Below, in pieces: positions 28,289 to 37,794 of a DNA stretch of 64,000 nt (within the stretch, counting starts at the first letter, position 1; each line of letters begins with the position of its first letter). The stretch lies in the NCBI GenBank assembly GCA_963721345.1, contig CAVRIT010000002.1:16885-80884 (forward strand). Reading direction: 5' to 3'. Below the pieces are notes generated by a model, which saw only the letters and a list, made by a program, of their open reading frames with translations, did not search any database and had not been told where the DNA came from. The stretch is from an uncultured Actinomycetes bacterium (GTDB lineage Bacteria; Actinomycetota; Thermoleophilia; Gaiellales; Gaiellaceae). A program made the position numbers and the translations under genes.

Positions 28289-28963
28289 CCTGACGAAGAG
28301 CCCCGCGGCGGCCTTCTCGGCCACCTGCTCCTCGCGGCCGTCGAGCTTCACGCGAAAGCTCCCTGCTGCGTGGTCTGCCGCCGTGAGCTCGATCTCGCGT
28401 CCGGGCTCCAAGCCCTGGTCGTAGAACCAGTGCAGCAGGTCGCCGTCGTGCTCCGCGAGACGCACGATCGTCGCCGTATGGCCCTCGCCCAGCTCGGCCA
28501 GGGCAACCAGCTCGTCGTTCTCCGCCTGCTCGACCTCCGGGTCGACCGGCCAGCCGTGCGGGCAGCGATCCGGGTTTCCGAGCTTCACCGCGATGCGCTC
28601 GACCATCTCGTCGTTGAATGCGTCGCCCAGCACGTCGGCGTGGACGTGCGCCTCGGCCGCCGAGTAGCCCATGAAGTCGGTGAGCAACCGCTCGATCAAG
28701 CGGTGCTTGCGGACGACGCGCTCGGCCCGCTCGCGACCCGAGGCGGTGAGCACCGCCTCCTTGTGCTCCCCGCGTTCGATCAGTCCGTCCGTCTCGAGGC
28801 GCTTCAGCATCTCGCCCGCCGACGCGCGGGAGACGTCGAGCATCTCCGCGACGCGCGTGGAGAGCGTGGGGGAGCCGGCGCTCAGCGGCCGGTACTCCCC
28901 GATCGGGAACGCAAGGAAGTAGATCGTCTCGAGGTACTCGTCGACGGAGTGTCCCTGCGCCAC
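28280..28963 (-). CDS. DtxR/IdeR/MntR-family metal-dependent transcriptional regulator with C-terminal FeoA/SH3-like domain
   Basis: VDEYLETIYFLA ... STRVAEMLDVSRASAGEMLKRLETDGLIER ... HRLIERLL ... AHVHADVLGDAF ... CPHGWP. Confidence 0.9.
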   Translation of the reverse strand: MAQGHSVDEYLETIYFLAFPIGEYRPLSAGSPTLSTRVAEMLDVSRASAGEMLKRLETDGLIERGEHKEAVLTASGRERAERVVRKHRLIERLLTDFMGYSAAEAHVHADVLGDAFNDEMVERIAVKLGNPDRCPHGWPVDPEVEQAENDELVALAELGEGHTATIVRLAEHDGDLLHWFYDQGLEPGREIELTAADHAAGSFRVKLDGREEQVAEKAAAGLFVRPS

Positions 28964-28972
28964 GGAGCAAGC

Positions 28973-30571
28973 CTACCCGGGAGGCCCTGGGTCCGATCCC
29001 GAGCGAACGGAGAGCAGATAGACGAACGGCGCGGACACCGCGATCAGCAAGAGCGCGGGTAGCGCCGCGCGTGAGTAGGCGGCGACCGAGGTGTACTTCC
29101 AGATCTCCGTTGCCAGAGTCTCGAAGCCGATCGGGCGCAGCAGGAGCGTCGCCGGCAGCTCCTTCATCGTGCTGAGGAAGACGAGCGCGGCGCCGGCGAG
29201 CAAGCCCGGCGCGGCGAGCGGCGCGGTCACGCGTGCGAACACCGCGGACGGCCTGCGTCCAAGCCCCCGCGCGGCTTCCTCGAGCTTCGGGCTGACTCTT
29301 GCGAGCCCGGAGTGGGAGCCCGCGAGTGCCTGCGGGAAGAAGCGCACGACGTAGGCGAAGACGAGCAGCGCGGTCGTCTGATACGCCCACCCCGCGTAAT
29401 TCGCGCCGAAGAAGACGAGCGAGAGGGCGATGACGATTCCGGGCAGCGCGTTGCCCGCGTACGACAGGCGTTCGAGCGCGACCGTCCACGGGCGCGGATA
29501 GCGAACGGCCAGCAAGGCGACCGGCACGGTGGCCGCAACCGCCACGACAGCGGCGACGGCCGAGACCGTCGCGGAGTTGACCGCCGGCTGCCAGCTCCAC
29601 TCGATCCCACCCGGCCGCGAGAACGCGCGCGCCGCCCAGTAGACGAGCACGGTCACCGGTACGACCAGGCCGAGCCCGACCGCTAGCGAGCAGAAGCCGA
29701 GCGCCGGCCAGCGCCAGCGCCCGAGCTGCACGGGCCGCGGGTGGCGCGCGGCGCCCGTCCCGGTTCGCCGGTAGCGCGCCGTCACCCGGCCGCGCACCCT
29801 CAACTCGAGCGCGAGGACGACCACCGTGAGCGCAATCAGGACGAGTGCGAGGACGGCCGCCGGCGCCCGGTCGAAGAGCGAGCGGTACTGGAGGTAGATC
29901 GCCCGGGTCAGCGAGTCGTACTGCATCAGCGCGACGGCGCCGAAGTCCGACAACACGTAGAGCGCGACGAGCAGGGCGCCAGCGCCGAGCGACGGCCGGA
30001 GAACGGGCAGCGTGACGCGCCGGAACACGCCGAGTCCGCTCTGGCCCAGTCCCCGCGCCGCGTCTTCGAGTGCCGGATCGAGCGACCGGAGCGCCGCGAC
30101 GGCGAGCAGGTAGACGAAGGGGTAGGTCGAGAGGCTCAGCGCGAGCCACGCTCCCGGGAGGCCGTACACCTCGGGCACACGCTCGACGCCGAGCGGCTCG
30201 AGCAGCCGCTGCAGAAGTCCCCGGGGCCCGAACGCAGCGAGCAAGGCTAGGGCCGCGACGTAGCTCGGCACGACGAGCGGCAGGGCCGCGAGCGTCGCCC
30301 AGGCCTTCCGTCCCGGAAGATCGCTGCGAACGACGAGCCATGCGAGCGGGACGCCGAGGGCCAGCGCCGTCGCGGTCACGAGGACGACGAGGACGACGGT
30401 GTCGGAGACGACCCGCCAGAGCGTCTCGGACAGCAGCACCTCCCACGCGTCGCCGGACGCGGCGCGCAGGATCAGGTAGGCGACGGGAAGGGTCAGCAGC
30501 GCGACGACCGCAAGCCCGGCCGCCGCCAGCGCGACGGGCGGCCGGGGCCTGCGCGTCGCCGCGGGGCTCAC
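28973..30571 (-). CDS. Iron(III)-type ABC transporter permease (two fused permease domains, FbpB-like)
   Basis: GTG at 30571 overlaps the binding-protein stop (GTGA). About 12 TM segments and two EAA-like loops (LEDAARGLGQSGLGVFRRVTLP and LEEAARGLGRRPSAVFARVTAP). Confidence 0.88.
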   Translation of the reverse strand: MSPAATRRPRPPVALAAAGLAVVALLTLPVAYLILRAASGDAWEVLLSETLWRVVSDTVVLVVLVTATALALGVPLAWLVVRSDLPGRKAWATLAALPLVVPSYVAALALLAAFGPRGLLQRLLEPLGVERVPEVYGLPGAWLALSLSTYPFVYLLAVAALRSLDPALEDAARGLGQSGLGVFRRVTLPVLRPSLGAGALLVALYVLSDFGAVALMQYDSLTRAIYLQYRSLFDRAPAAVLALVLIALTVVVLALELRVRGRVTARYRRTGTGAARHPRPVQLGRWRWPALGFCSLAVGLGLVVPVTVLVYWAARAFSRPGGIEWSWQPAVNSATVSAVAAVVAVAATVPVALLAVRYPRPWTVALERLSYAGNALPGIVIALSLVFFGANYAGWAYQTTALLVFAYVVRFFPQALAGSHSGLARVSPKLEEAARGLGRRPSAVFARVTAPLAAPGLLAGAALVFLSTMKELPATLLLRPIGFETLATEIWKYTSVAAYSRAALPALLLIAVSAPFVYLLSVRSGSDPGPPG

Positions 30572-31578
30572 GTCGTGAAGCCGACCTCGTTCAGGAGCTG
30601 GAGGGTCTTCTCGAGCTCGGGCCCGAACTGGCTGAGGTCGACGTCGGGCCCCTCGATCTCCTCGAGCGCGGGGAGGCCCTCCTTCGGGTCGACGCCGTCG
30701 ATCAGCGGGTACTCGGCCTCCTCGGCCTCGTCGACGTAGAAGCGCTGGCCCTCGTCGGACAGGAGGAACTCCACGAACTCGCGAGCGGCATCCTCGTCGT
30801 CGGTCCCGTCCAGGATCCCGACGCCCGCCACGCTGACCAGCGCGCCGGGGTCGTCGCCTGCGGCGTAGTGGTTCGCGACGGCGGCCTCCGGGTTCTCTTC
30901 CTTCACGAGGTAGAGGTAGTAGTGGTTCACGAGACCGAGCTGGATCTCGCCCGCCGCGACTGCCTCCACGGTCGGCGTGTTCTTCTCGTACAGCTTCGGG
31001 TCGTTGGCCTTCATGCCCTCGAGCCACGACCTGGTCTTCTCCTCGCCGGCGGTGAGGCGCATCGCGGTGACGAACGCCTGGAACGACGCATTCGTCGGCG
31101 GGAAGCCGACCTTGCCTTTCCACTTCGGGTCGGTGAGCTCGAAGACGGAGTCCGGGACCTCGTCCTCGGACAGCTCCTCCGTGTTGTACGCGATCACGCG
31201 GACCCGGCCGCTCGTCCCGACCCACCGGCCGTCCGGATCGCGGAACCGCTCGTCGACGCGCTCGAGCTGGTCGTCCGACAGCTCGGCAAGCAAGCCCTCC
31301 TCCTCGACGGCCCCGAGCGATCCCGGGTCCTGCGCGAAGAACACGTCGGCCGGGGAGTTGTCGCCCTCCTCGGCGATCGTCGCGGCCAGCTCGGCGCTGT
31401 CGCCGTAGCGCACCTCCGTCTCGATCCCACTCGTAGCCTCGAACTTCTCGATCAGCGGCTCGACGAGCTCTTCCTCGCGGCCCGAGTAGATCGTCAGGGT
31501 GCCGCCGGAGCCGCCGTCGTCACCGCCGCACGCGGCCAGCATGGCTGTCAGGACGGAGAGCAGGACGAGTGCGCGCAT
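30568..31578 (-). CDS. Iron(III)-type ABC transporter substrate-binding lipoprotein (FbpA/AfuA-like)
   Basis: Lipobox LTAMLAACGG, AGGAGA RBS, and family-1 SBP sequence (LTIYSGREEELVEPLIEKFE ... VFFAQDPGSLG ... WVGTSGRVRVIAYN). Confidence 0.85.
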   Translation of the reverse strand: MRALVLLSVLTAMLAACGGDDGGSGGTLTIYSGREEELVEPLIEKFEATSGIETEVRYGDSAELAATIAEEGDNSPADVFFAQDPGSLGAVEEEGLLAELSDDQLERVDERFRDPDGRWVGTSGRVRVIAYNTEELSEDEVPDSVFELTDPKWKGKVGFPPTNASFQAFVTAMRLTAGEEKTRSWLEGMKANDPKLYEKNTPTVEAVAAGEIQLGLVNHYYLYLVKEENPEAAVANHYAAGDDPGALVSVAGVGILDGTDDEDAAREFVEFLLSDEGQRFYVDEAEEAEYPLIDGVDPKEGLPALEEIEGPDVDLSQFGPELEKTLQLLNEVGFTT

Positions 31579-31601
31579 CGATCGTCTCCTTGTCAGGGTC
31601 G

Positions 31602-31631
31602 CCTTACACATCATGTAAGGGCAACCTTACA
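31602..31631. promoter_or_regulatory. Candidate metalloregulator operator: CCTTACA-N5-TGTAAGG-N4-CCTTACA
   Basis: Overlapping perfect 7-nt inverted repeats lie between the ATPase stop (31636) and the binding-protein start (31578). The same TGTAAGG-N4-CCTTACA occurs at 32655-32672. Confidence 0.5.
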
Positions 31632-31635
31632 AAGA

Positions 31636-32655
31636 TCAGCCGAAGACGGCGACGCGACCCTCATGGGCCACGACGTCGACGCGATCGCCGAGCGAGACGC
31701 GCTCGGTGGACGGTCGCTGAGAGACCAGCTGCGTGCCGTCCTCGAGACGAACTCGGTAGAAGACGTCGTGGCCGCGAAACTCCCGGGCGACGACGTGTCC
31801 TCGGCCGGCGGGGTCCGGCCGGAGCTCGAGCAGCTCGGGACGGACGAGCACGTCGACCGGCGCGTGGCCGTTGCCGCACTCGGCGGGAAAGTTGCCGATT
31901 GCCGTCTCCACGTAGCCGCCGGCCAGGTGTCCCGGGACGAAGTTGGCCGCGCCGACGAATGCGGCCGCCCAACGTGTCGCAGGCGCGAAGTAGATCTCCT
32001 CGGCGGTGGCCGACTGGACGATCGTCCCGTCGTGCATCAGCGCGATCCGGTCGGCGAGCGAGAACGCCTCCTCACGCTCGTGCGTCACGAGGATCACGGT
32101 GACGTCGGTCTCGCGCAGGATCCCGCAGAGCTCCGCGCACATCGCCGAGCGCATCAGAGGGTCGATGTTGCTCCAAGGCTCGTCGAGGAGGACGACCGAA
32201 GGCCGGGGGGCAAGCGCGCGGGCCAGCGCGACGCGCTGCTGCTGGCCGCCTGACAGCTCGGCCGGGTAGCGCTCGCCGAGGCCGGCGAGCCCGACGAGCT
32301 CGAGCACCTCGTCGATGCGCCGTGGCTGCTCGCTGCGAGCCAGGCCGAAGCCGGTGTTCTCGGCCACGGTGAGGTGGGGGAACAGGGCGTAGTCCTGGAA
32401 CACCATGCCGACGTGCCGCCGCTCCGGTGGCACCCAGGTCGTCCCCGAGACCTTCCGGCCGGCGATCGCGATCTCACCGCGATCGGGCCGCTCGAAACCG
32501 GCGATCAGGCGGAGCAGCGTCGTCTTGCCGCAGCCGCTCGGCCCGAGCAGTGCCACGAACTCGCCGCGTTCGACGCACAGGTCGGCGCCGTCGACCGCCT
32601 GCACCGAGCCGAACCGCTTGGCGACTTCGTGCGCGCAGACCATTCCGCATTCCAT
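31636..32655 (-). CDS. ABC transporter ATP-binding protein (FbpC/PotA-like)
   Basis: Walker A GPSGCGKTT, signature LSGGQQQRVALARAL, Walker B VVLLDEPWSNID, and a C-terminal TOBE-like domain. An alternative ATG lies at 32643. Confidence 0.9.
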   Translation of the reverse strand: MECGMVCAHEVAKRFGSVQAVDGADLCVERGEFVALLGPSGCGKTTLLRLIAGFERPDRGEIAIAGRKVSGTTWVPPERRHVGMVFQDYALFPHLTVAENTGFGLARSEQPRRIDEVLELVGLAGLGERYPAELSGGQQQRVALARALAPRPSVVLLDEPWSNIDPLMRSAMCAELCGILRETDVTVILVTHEREEAFSLADRIALMHDGTIVQSATAEEIYFAPATRWAAAFVGAANFVPGHLAGGYVETAIGNFPAECGNGHAPVDVLVRPELLELRPDPAGRGHVVAREFRGHDVFYRVRLEDGTQLVSQRPSTERVSLGDRVDVVAHEGRVAVFG

Positions 32656-32672
32656 GTAAGGCGTACCTTACA
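32655..32672. promoter_or_regulatory. Candidate metalloregulator operator TGTAAGG-CGTA-CCTTACA at the 5' end of the ABC operon
   Basis: Perfect 7-4-7 palindrome in the 42-nt divergent gap between the ATPase gene and priA. Confidence 0.5.
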
Positions 32673-32697
32673 AGGTGGCCTCAGTACGCTGGCCGGC

Positions 32698-34617
32698 GTG
32701 CCGTACGCGTCCGTGTATCCGCTGGTGACGAGCCGCGCTGTCGCGCGGCCGTTCACCTACGAGGTGCCGCCGAACGTCGGAAAAGGGGCGGTGGTCGCGC
32801 TGCGCTTTCACGGCGCGAACCGGCGTGGGGTCGTCGTCGGGCTGGAGGAAGCGGCGCCCGTCGGGATCAAGACGGCGTCCGTCGGCGACGTGGTCGACGC
32901 TCTGCCCGAGCCGCTCGTCGATCTGGCGCTGTGGGTGGCGGACTACTACGGCTCGACGCCCGCCCGCGCGCTCGAGCTCGTCGCGCCGGTCAAGCGGCGG
33001 CCGCGCGGCCAGCGGGACTCGCCCGCGGCGCGGGACGCGCTGCCCGGCGAGGCCGCGCCCGCCGCGCTCTCCGACTCCCAGGCCGAGGCGCTCGGCCGGA
33101 TCACGACCGCGCTCGACGGCGACGGCGGCGCGTTCCTCCTCCACGGCGCCACCGGGAGCGGGAAGACCGAGGTCTACATCCAGGCCTGCTCGGCCGCGCT
33201 CGAGCAGGGGCGAACGGCGATCGTGCTCGTGCCGGAGATCGCGCTAGCGCCGCAGACCGTCGGCCGCCTTCGCGCCCGGTTCGGCGACCGCGTCGCAGTG
33301 CTTCACTCGGCGCTGACGGACGCGGAGCGCCGCGACGAGCGGGCGCGGATCGCGAGCGGGGAGGCACCCGTCGTGGTCGGCGCGCGCTCGGCGATCTTCG
33401 CGCCGCTCGAGCGCGTCGGCGTGATCTGCGTGGACGAGGAGCACGACCAGGCCTACAAGCAGGAGTCCGATCCACGCTATGACGCGCGCAGCGTCGCGGC
33501 GAAGCGGGCGGCGCTCGAGGGCGCTGTCGCGCTCTTCGGCTCGGCGACGCCGCGCCCCGAGAGCTGGGAGCGTCTCGAGCGCCTCGAGCTCGGCGGCCGG
33601 CTCGCCGGGGCGCTCCCGCCCGTGAAGATCGTCGACCTCCGCCGGGAGAAGGGCTATCCGCTCTCGGCGCCGCTGCTCGCGGAGCTGGGGGCGATCGCGG
33701 AGGGAGGTGGCAAGGCGATCCTCCTCCTCAACCGCCGCGGCATCGCGCCGGCGATCCACTGCCGCTCGTGCGGGACGACGAGGCGCTGCGGAAGCTGCGA
33801 CGTCGCGCTCGTGCTCCATGCCGACGAGCGTCTTCACTGCCACCACTGCTCGCACAGCGAGGAGACCGGGCCGAGCTGCCCCGAGTGCGGCTCCGGTGAG
33901 CTGGCGCGGATCGGCGCCGGCACGCAGCGGCTCGAGCGCGAGCTCGAGCGCGCGTTCCCCGAGCTCGAGCGGATCCGCCTCGACGCGGACGCAGTGCGGC
34001 GGCCGGGCCAGCTCGCGGCCGCGCTGCGGCGCTTCGCGGCGGCGGACCGCGCCGTGCTCGTCGGGACGCAGATGGTCGCGAAGGGCCACCACTTCGGCGG
34101 CGTCGCGCTGGCGGCCGTCGTCGACGCGGACACCGGGCTCGGCATGCCGGACTTCCGCGCCGAGGAGCGCACGTTCCAGCTCCTCACGCAGCTCGCGGGA
34201 CGAAGCGGACGAGACGCGCCGGGCAAGGTGCTCATCCAGACCTTCCAGCCGGACTCCCGACCGATCGTCCACGCCGCCCGGCACGACGTCCCGCGGTTCC
34301 TGTCGGAGGAGCTCGAGCGCCGCCGCGAGCTCGGGTACCCGCCGTACAGCCACCTCGTGCGCGTCGTGGCCTCGGGGCCGGAGGCGCGTGGCCCGATGCG
34401 TCTGCTGGAGGAGATCGCCTCGGGTATCTCGGGCGACGTGCTCGGCCCGGCGCCGCTCCTCCGGCTGCGGGGCCGTCACCGCGCGCAGCTCCTCGCGAAG
34501 GTTGCGAAGCCGCGGCCGATCGCGGCGCGGGTCGCGCAGCTCCTCGCAGCCGCCGCGCCGGCAATGCGGCGCGAGGGAGTCACGGCAGTCGTCGACGTGG
34601 ACCCCCAGGGCCTGTAA
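32698..34617 (+). CDS. priA: Primosomal protein N' (replication restart helicase PriA)
   Basis: RPFTYEVP, Walker A GATGSGKTEVY, VDEEHDQAYK, and a Cys-rich zinc module CRSCGTTRRCGSCDVALVLH ... CHHCSHSE ... CPECGS. GTG at 32698 was chosen; the longer track ORF upstream is antisense to the ATPase gene. Confidence 0.9.
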   Translation: MPYASVYPLVTSRAVARPFTYEVPPNVGKGAVVALRFHGANRRGVVVGLEEAAPVGIKTASVGDVVDALPEPLVDLALWVADYYGSTPARALELVAPVKRRPRGQRDSPAARDALPGEAAPAALSDSQAEALGRITTALDGDGGAFLLHGATGSGKTEVYIQACSAALEQGRTAIVLVPEIALAPQTVGRLRARFGDRVAVLHSALTDAERRDERARIASGEAPVVVGARSAIFAPLERVGVICVDEEHDQAYKQESDPRYDARSVAAKRAALEGAVALFGSATPRPESWERLERLELGGRLAGALPPVKIVDLRREKGYPLSAPLLAELGAIAEGGGKAILLLNRRGIAPAIHCRSCGTTRRCGSCDVALVLHADERLHCHHCSHSEETGPSCPECGSGELARIGAGTQRLERELERAFPELERIRLDADAVRRPGQLAAALRRFAAADRAVLVGTQMVAKGHHFGGVALAAVVDADTGLGMPDFRAEERTFQLLTQLAGRSGRDAPGKVLIQTFQPDSRPIVHAARHDVPRFLSEELERRRELGYPPYSHLVRVVASGPEARGPMRLLEEIASGISGDVLGPAPLLRLRGRHRAQLLAKVAKPRPIAARVAQLLAAAAPAMRREGVTAVVDVDPQGL

Positions 34618-34633
34618 CTAGACTCGACCCGCT

Positions 34634-35203
34634 GTGGCGGAAGACGGCGGCCAGGAGCGAAACGACGAGCTCGACCCGGAGCGCGAGGCGCTGCGGCAGG
34701 CCGCGCTCGCCCAGATCCGCCAGTACCCGGATCCCGTGCTGCGGATGCGCGCCCGCGAGGTCGAGAGCTTCGACGCAGACCTCCAACGGCTCGTCGAGCG
34801 GTTGACCCAGTTGATGAGCGACGCCAACGGCGCGGGGCTCGCCGCGAACCAGGTGGGCATCCTGCGGCGCGTCTTCGTGTTCTACCCCGACCCGGAGCAG
34901 GAGCCGGTCGCGGTCGTCAACCCGGTGGTGGTGGAGCGGGACGACGAGAGGCTGACGGACGCCGAGGGCTGCCTGTCGCTCCAGGGCGTCCAGGTGCCCG
35001 TCGAGCGCGTGGTCAAGCTGCGGCTGGAGGGTCGCGACCCCGAAGGGAACGAGATCTCCTTCGACCTCGACGAGCTCGGCGCGAGGATCGTCCAGCACGA
35101 GCTCGACCATCTCGACGGCGTCCTGGTCCTCGATCGGACGACCGACGAGGCGCGCAAGGAAGCGCTCAGCACGCTGCGCCCGCGGGCGATGCTCACGGGC
35201 TGA
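34634..35203 (+). CDS. def: Peptide deformylase
   Basis: GLAANQVG, EGCLS, QHELDHLDG. Confidence 0.95.
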   Translation: MAEDGGQERNDELDPEREALRQAALAQIRQYPDPVLRMRAREVESFDADLQRLVERLTQLMSDANGAGLAANQVGILRRVFVFYPDPEQEPVAVVNPVVVERDDERLTDAEGCLSLQGVQVPVERVVKLRLEGRDPEGNEISFDLDELGARIVQHELDHLDGVLVLDRTTDEARKEALSTLRPRAMLTG

Positions 35204-35994
35204 TGCGCATTGCCGTCGCCGCGACGGCGCCGTTCGGTGCGGACATCCTGCGGCGGCTCGCAGACCGACACGAGGTGGCGTACCTGCTCACCAGGCCCGA
35301 CCGGCCGAAGGGCCGCGGTCGGCAACTCGCGGCTCCGGCGGCGAAGCAGGTCGCCGAGGAGCTCGAGATCCCCGTGAAGCAGCCCGAGCGGCCGGCGGAG
35401 CTCGGCGATCCGGAGGTCGACACGGTGGTCGTCGCGGCCTACGGCGCGCTGATCCCGAACGAGCTGCTCGATCGCGCCGACTGGATCAACGTTCACCCCT
35501 CGCTGCTCCCGCGCTGGCGTGGGGCCGCGCCGGTCGAGCGGGCGATCATGGAGGGGGACGCGGAGACCGGCGTCTCGATCATCCGGCTCGTCGAGGAGCT
35601 GGACGCGGGACCGGTCGGGGCCATGGCGGACTTCCCGATCGGCCTGGACGACGACGCGGGCGCCGTCTTCGCCCGCTCGGCGGACATGGCGTCGGAGCTC
35701 CTCGACTCGGTCCTCGCGCTGCGGCAGTTCGAGCCGCAGGAGGGCGATCCCACGTACGCGGAGAAGATCGGGCCCGCCGACCGTGAGCTCGACTGGGCGC
35801 GGCCGCCCGAGGAGCTCCACAACCGGATTCGCGCCCTGTCGCCGCACATCGGTGCGCGAGGCCAGCTCCATGGGCGTCCCGTCATCGTCTGGCGCTCGAG
35901 GCTTGTGGACGGGAAGCTCGAGATCCTCGAAGTGCAGCCCGATGGCAAGCGGCGGATGACGCTCGCCGAATTCGAACGTGGCCTCCCCGGCTAG
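35203..35994 (+). CDS. fmt: Methionyl-tRNA formyltransferase (compact, 263 aa)
   Basis: ATG overlaps the def stop. TRPDRPKGRGRQL ... NVHPSLLPRWRGAAPVERAIMEGD ... TGVSI. Confidence 0.9.
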   Translation: MRIAVAATAPFGADILRRLADRHEVAYLLTRPDRPKGRGRQLAAPAAKQVAEELEIPVKQPERPAELGDPEVDTVVVAAYGALIPNELLDRADWINVHPSLLPRWRGAAPVERAIMEGDAETGVSIIRLVEELDAGPVGAMADFPIGLDDDAGAVFARSADMASELLDSVLALRQFEPQEGDPTYAEKIGPADRELDWARPPEELHNRIRALSPHIGARGQLHGRPVIVWRSRLVDGKLEILEVQPDGKRRMTLAEFERGLPG

Positions 35995-37120
35995 GCGCGT
36001 CGCGCACAAGATCCTGGTGCGCGTCTTCGAGGAAGGTGCGTACGCGGACCGCGCGCTCGCAGGAGAGGCGGCCGGGCTCGACCAGCGTGACCGTGCGTTC
36101 GCGCAGCGGCTTTCGTACGGCGCGATCCAGCGGGTGCGGACACTCGACCACGCGCTCGAGGAGATCGGCGGCCGGGCGATCGCCGAGCTGGACGTCCCCG
36201 TCCGCGCGGCCCTGCGACTCGGCGCCTACGAGCTCGCGTTCATGGACGGAGTCCCGGCCCGGGCGACGGTCAACGAGGCTGTGGAGCTCGCGCGCGCGGC
36301 AGGCGCAAAACGCGCGACCGGGCTCGTCAACGCGATCCTGCGTCGCGCTGCGGGCGGGATCCGTTCGCTCGTCGACGCGCTTCCGGAACAGGCCGCGGAC
36401 CAGGCAGCCCTGAAGCACTCTTACCCTGACTGGGTCGCGGAGACGTGGTGGCGGGAGTGGGGCGCCGAGACCACACTCGCGCTGATGCGAGCGCAGAACG
36501 AGCCGCTCGATCCAGTCGAGCGCCCGGCCGGAACCGGCGTCTGGCGGCAGAGCCGCGGCTCGCAGCTCGCGGGGGAGTCGGTCGGCGTTCGGCCGGGCGA
36601 GCGGGTGCTCGACCTCTGTGCGGCGCCGGGCGGCAAGACGACGCAGCTCGCGGAGCGGGCCGAAGAGGTCGTGGCCGTGGAGCTCCACGCCGCTCGCGCC
36701 CGGGAGCTGGAGGAGAGCGTCCGGCGGCTGGGCTTCGACAACGTCCGGGTCGTGAACGCCGATGCGCGGGAGCTCCCGCCAGAGCTGACGGGCTTCGACC
36801 GCGTCCTCGTGGACGCGCCGTGCTCGGGCCTCGGCGTGCTGGCCTCGCGTCCCGACCTGCGCTGGCGCGGCCGGCCGCTACCCGACCTCCAACTGGAGCT
36901 GTTGCGTGTCGCCGCCGAGCGAGTCAAGCCGGGCGGCTCGATCACGTACTCGGTCTGCACGATCAGCGCGGCGGAGAACGAGGACGTCGTCGACGCGCTC
37001 GGGCTGGACGTCGAGCCGCTCGGCGGCGAGTTCGCGCACCCGCTGCGACCCGAGTTTCTCCTGACGCTGCCGCACAAGCACCGCACGTCGGGCTTCTTCA
37101 TCGCGAGAATCCGTGCCTGA
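35978..37120 (+). CDS. rsmB: 16S rRNA (cytosine-C5)-methyltransferase RsmB/Sun (short form)
   Basis: NusB-like N-terminal domain. LDLCAAPGGKT, DAPCSGLGV, YSVCT. About 50 aa shorter than canonical between the N-domain and the MTase core. Confidence 0.85.
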   Translation: MASPARRVAHKILVRVFEEGAYADRALAGEAAGLDQRDRAFAQRLSYGAIQRVRTLDHALEEIGGRAIAELDVPVRAALRLGAYELAFMDGVPARATVNEAVELARAAGAKRATGLVNAILRRAAGGIRSLVDALPEQAADQAALKHSYPDWVAETWWREWGAETTLALMRAQNEPLDPVERPAGTGVWRQSRGSQLAGESVGVRPGERVLDLCAAPGGKTTQLAERAEEVVAVELHAARARELEESVRRLGFDNVRVVNADARELPPELTGFDRVLVDAPCSGLGVLASRPDLRWRGRPLPDLQLELLRVAAERVKPGGSITYSVCTISAAENEDVVDALGLDVEPLGGEFAHPLRPEFLLTLPHKHRTSGFFIARIRA

Positions 37121-37794
37121 TGTCTTGGGACGAGTGGGTTGGAGGGCCGGAGATCGAGCCGTCGCTCTACGCGGCGGACTTCTCGCGCCTGGGTGAGCAG
37201 ATCCAGACGCTGCTCGAGGCCGGCGCGCGGATCTTCCACTTCGACATGGGCGACGGGCACTTCGTCCCGCCGGTGACGATCGGCCCGATCGTGCTCCAGT
37301 CGATCTCGCCGATCGTCCACGCCGGTGGCGGCCGGCTCGACTGCCACCTGATGACCGAGCACCCGGAGCGCCACTTCGAGGCGATCGCCGAGGCGGGGGG
37401 CGACAGCGTGACCTTCCACTACGAGGCCGTCGACGACATCGCGGGCGTCACGGCCACGGCGCGGGCGCTGGGCCTCGGGGCAGGTCTGGCGTTCAAGCCC
37501 GAGACGGAGCCGGAGCAGGCCGCCGAGGCGGCGGGCGACGTCGATCTCGTGCTCTGCATGAGCATCGAGCCCGGGTACTCCGGCCAGCCGTTCATGCCCG
37601 AGGCGCTGGGCCGGATCGAGCGTCTGCGGGGCCGTCTCTCGGAAACGACGCACGTCCAGGTCGACGGCGGAGTCGGGCGCGACAACGTCCGTCGGCTTCG
37701 CGAGGTCGGCGCCGACCTGCTGGTCGCAGGGACGAGCGTCTTCGGCGCCGAGGACATCGCCGCCGCATTCCGCGAGCTCGCGGCGCTGACGTGA
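37120..37794 (+). CDS. rpe: Ribulose-phosphate 3-epimerase
   Basis: PSLYAADFSRLGEQI ... HFDMGDGHFVP ... DCHLM ... MSIEPGYSGQ ... VDGG. Confidence 0.93.
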   Translation: MSWDEWVGGPEIEPSLYAADFSRLGEQIQTLLEAGARIFHFDMGDGHFVPPVTIGPIVLQSISPIVHAGGGRLDCHLMTEHPERHFEAIAEAGGDSVTFHYEAVDDIAGVTATARALGLGAGLAFKPETEPEQAAEAAGDVDLVLCMSIEPGYSGQPFMPEALGRIERLRGRLSETTHVQVDGGVGRDNVRRLREVGADLLVAGTSVFGAEDIAAAFRELAALT

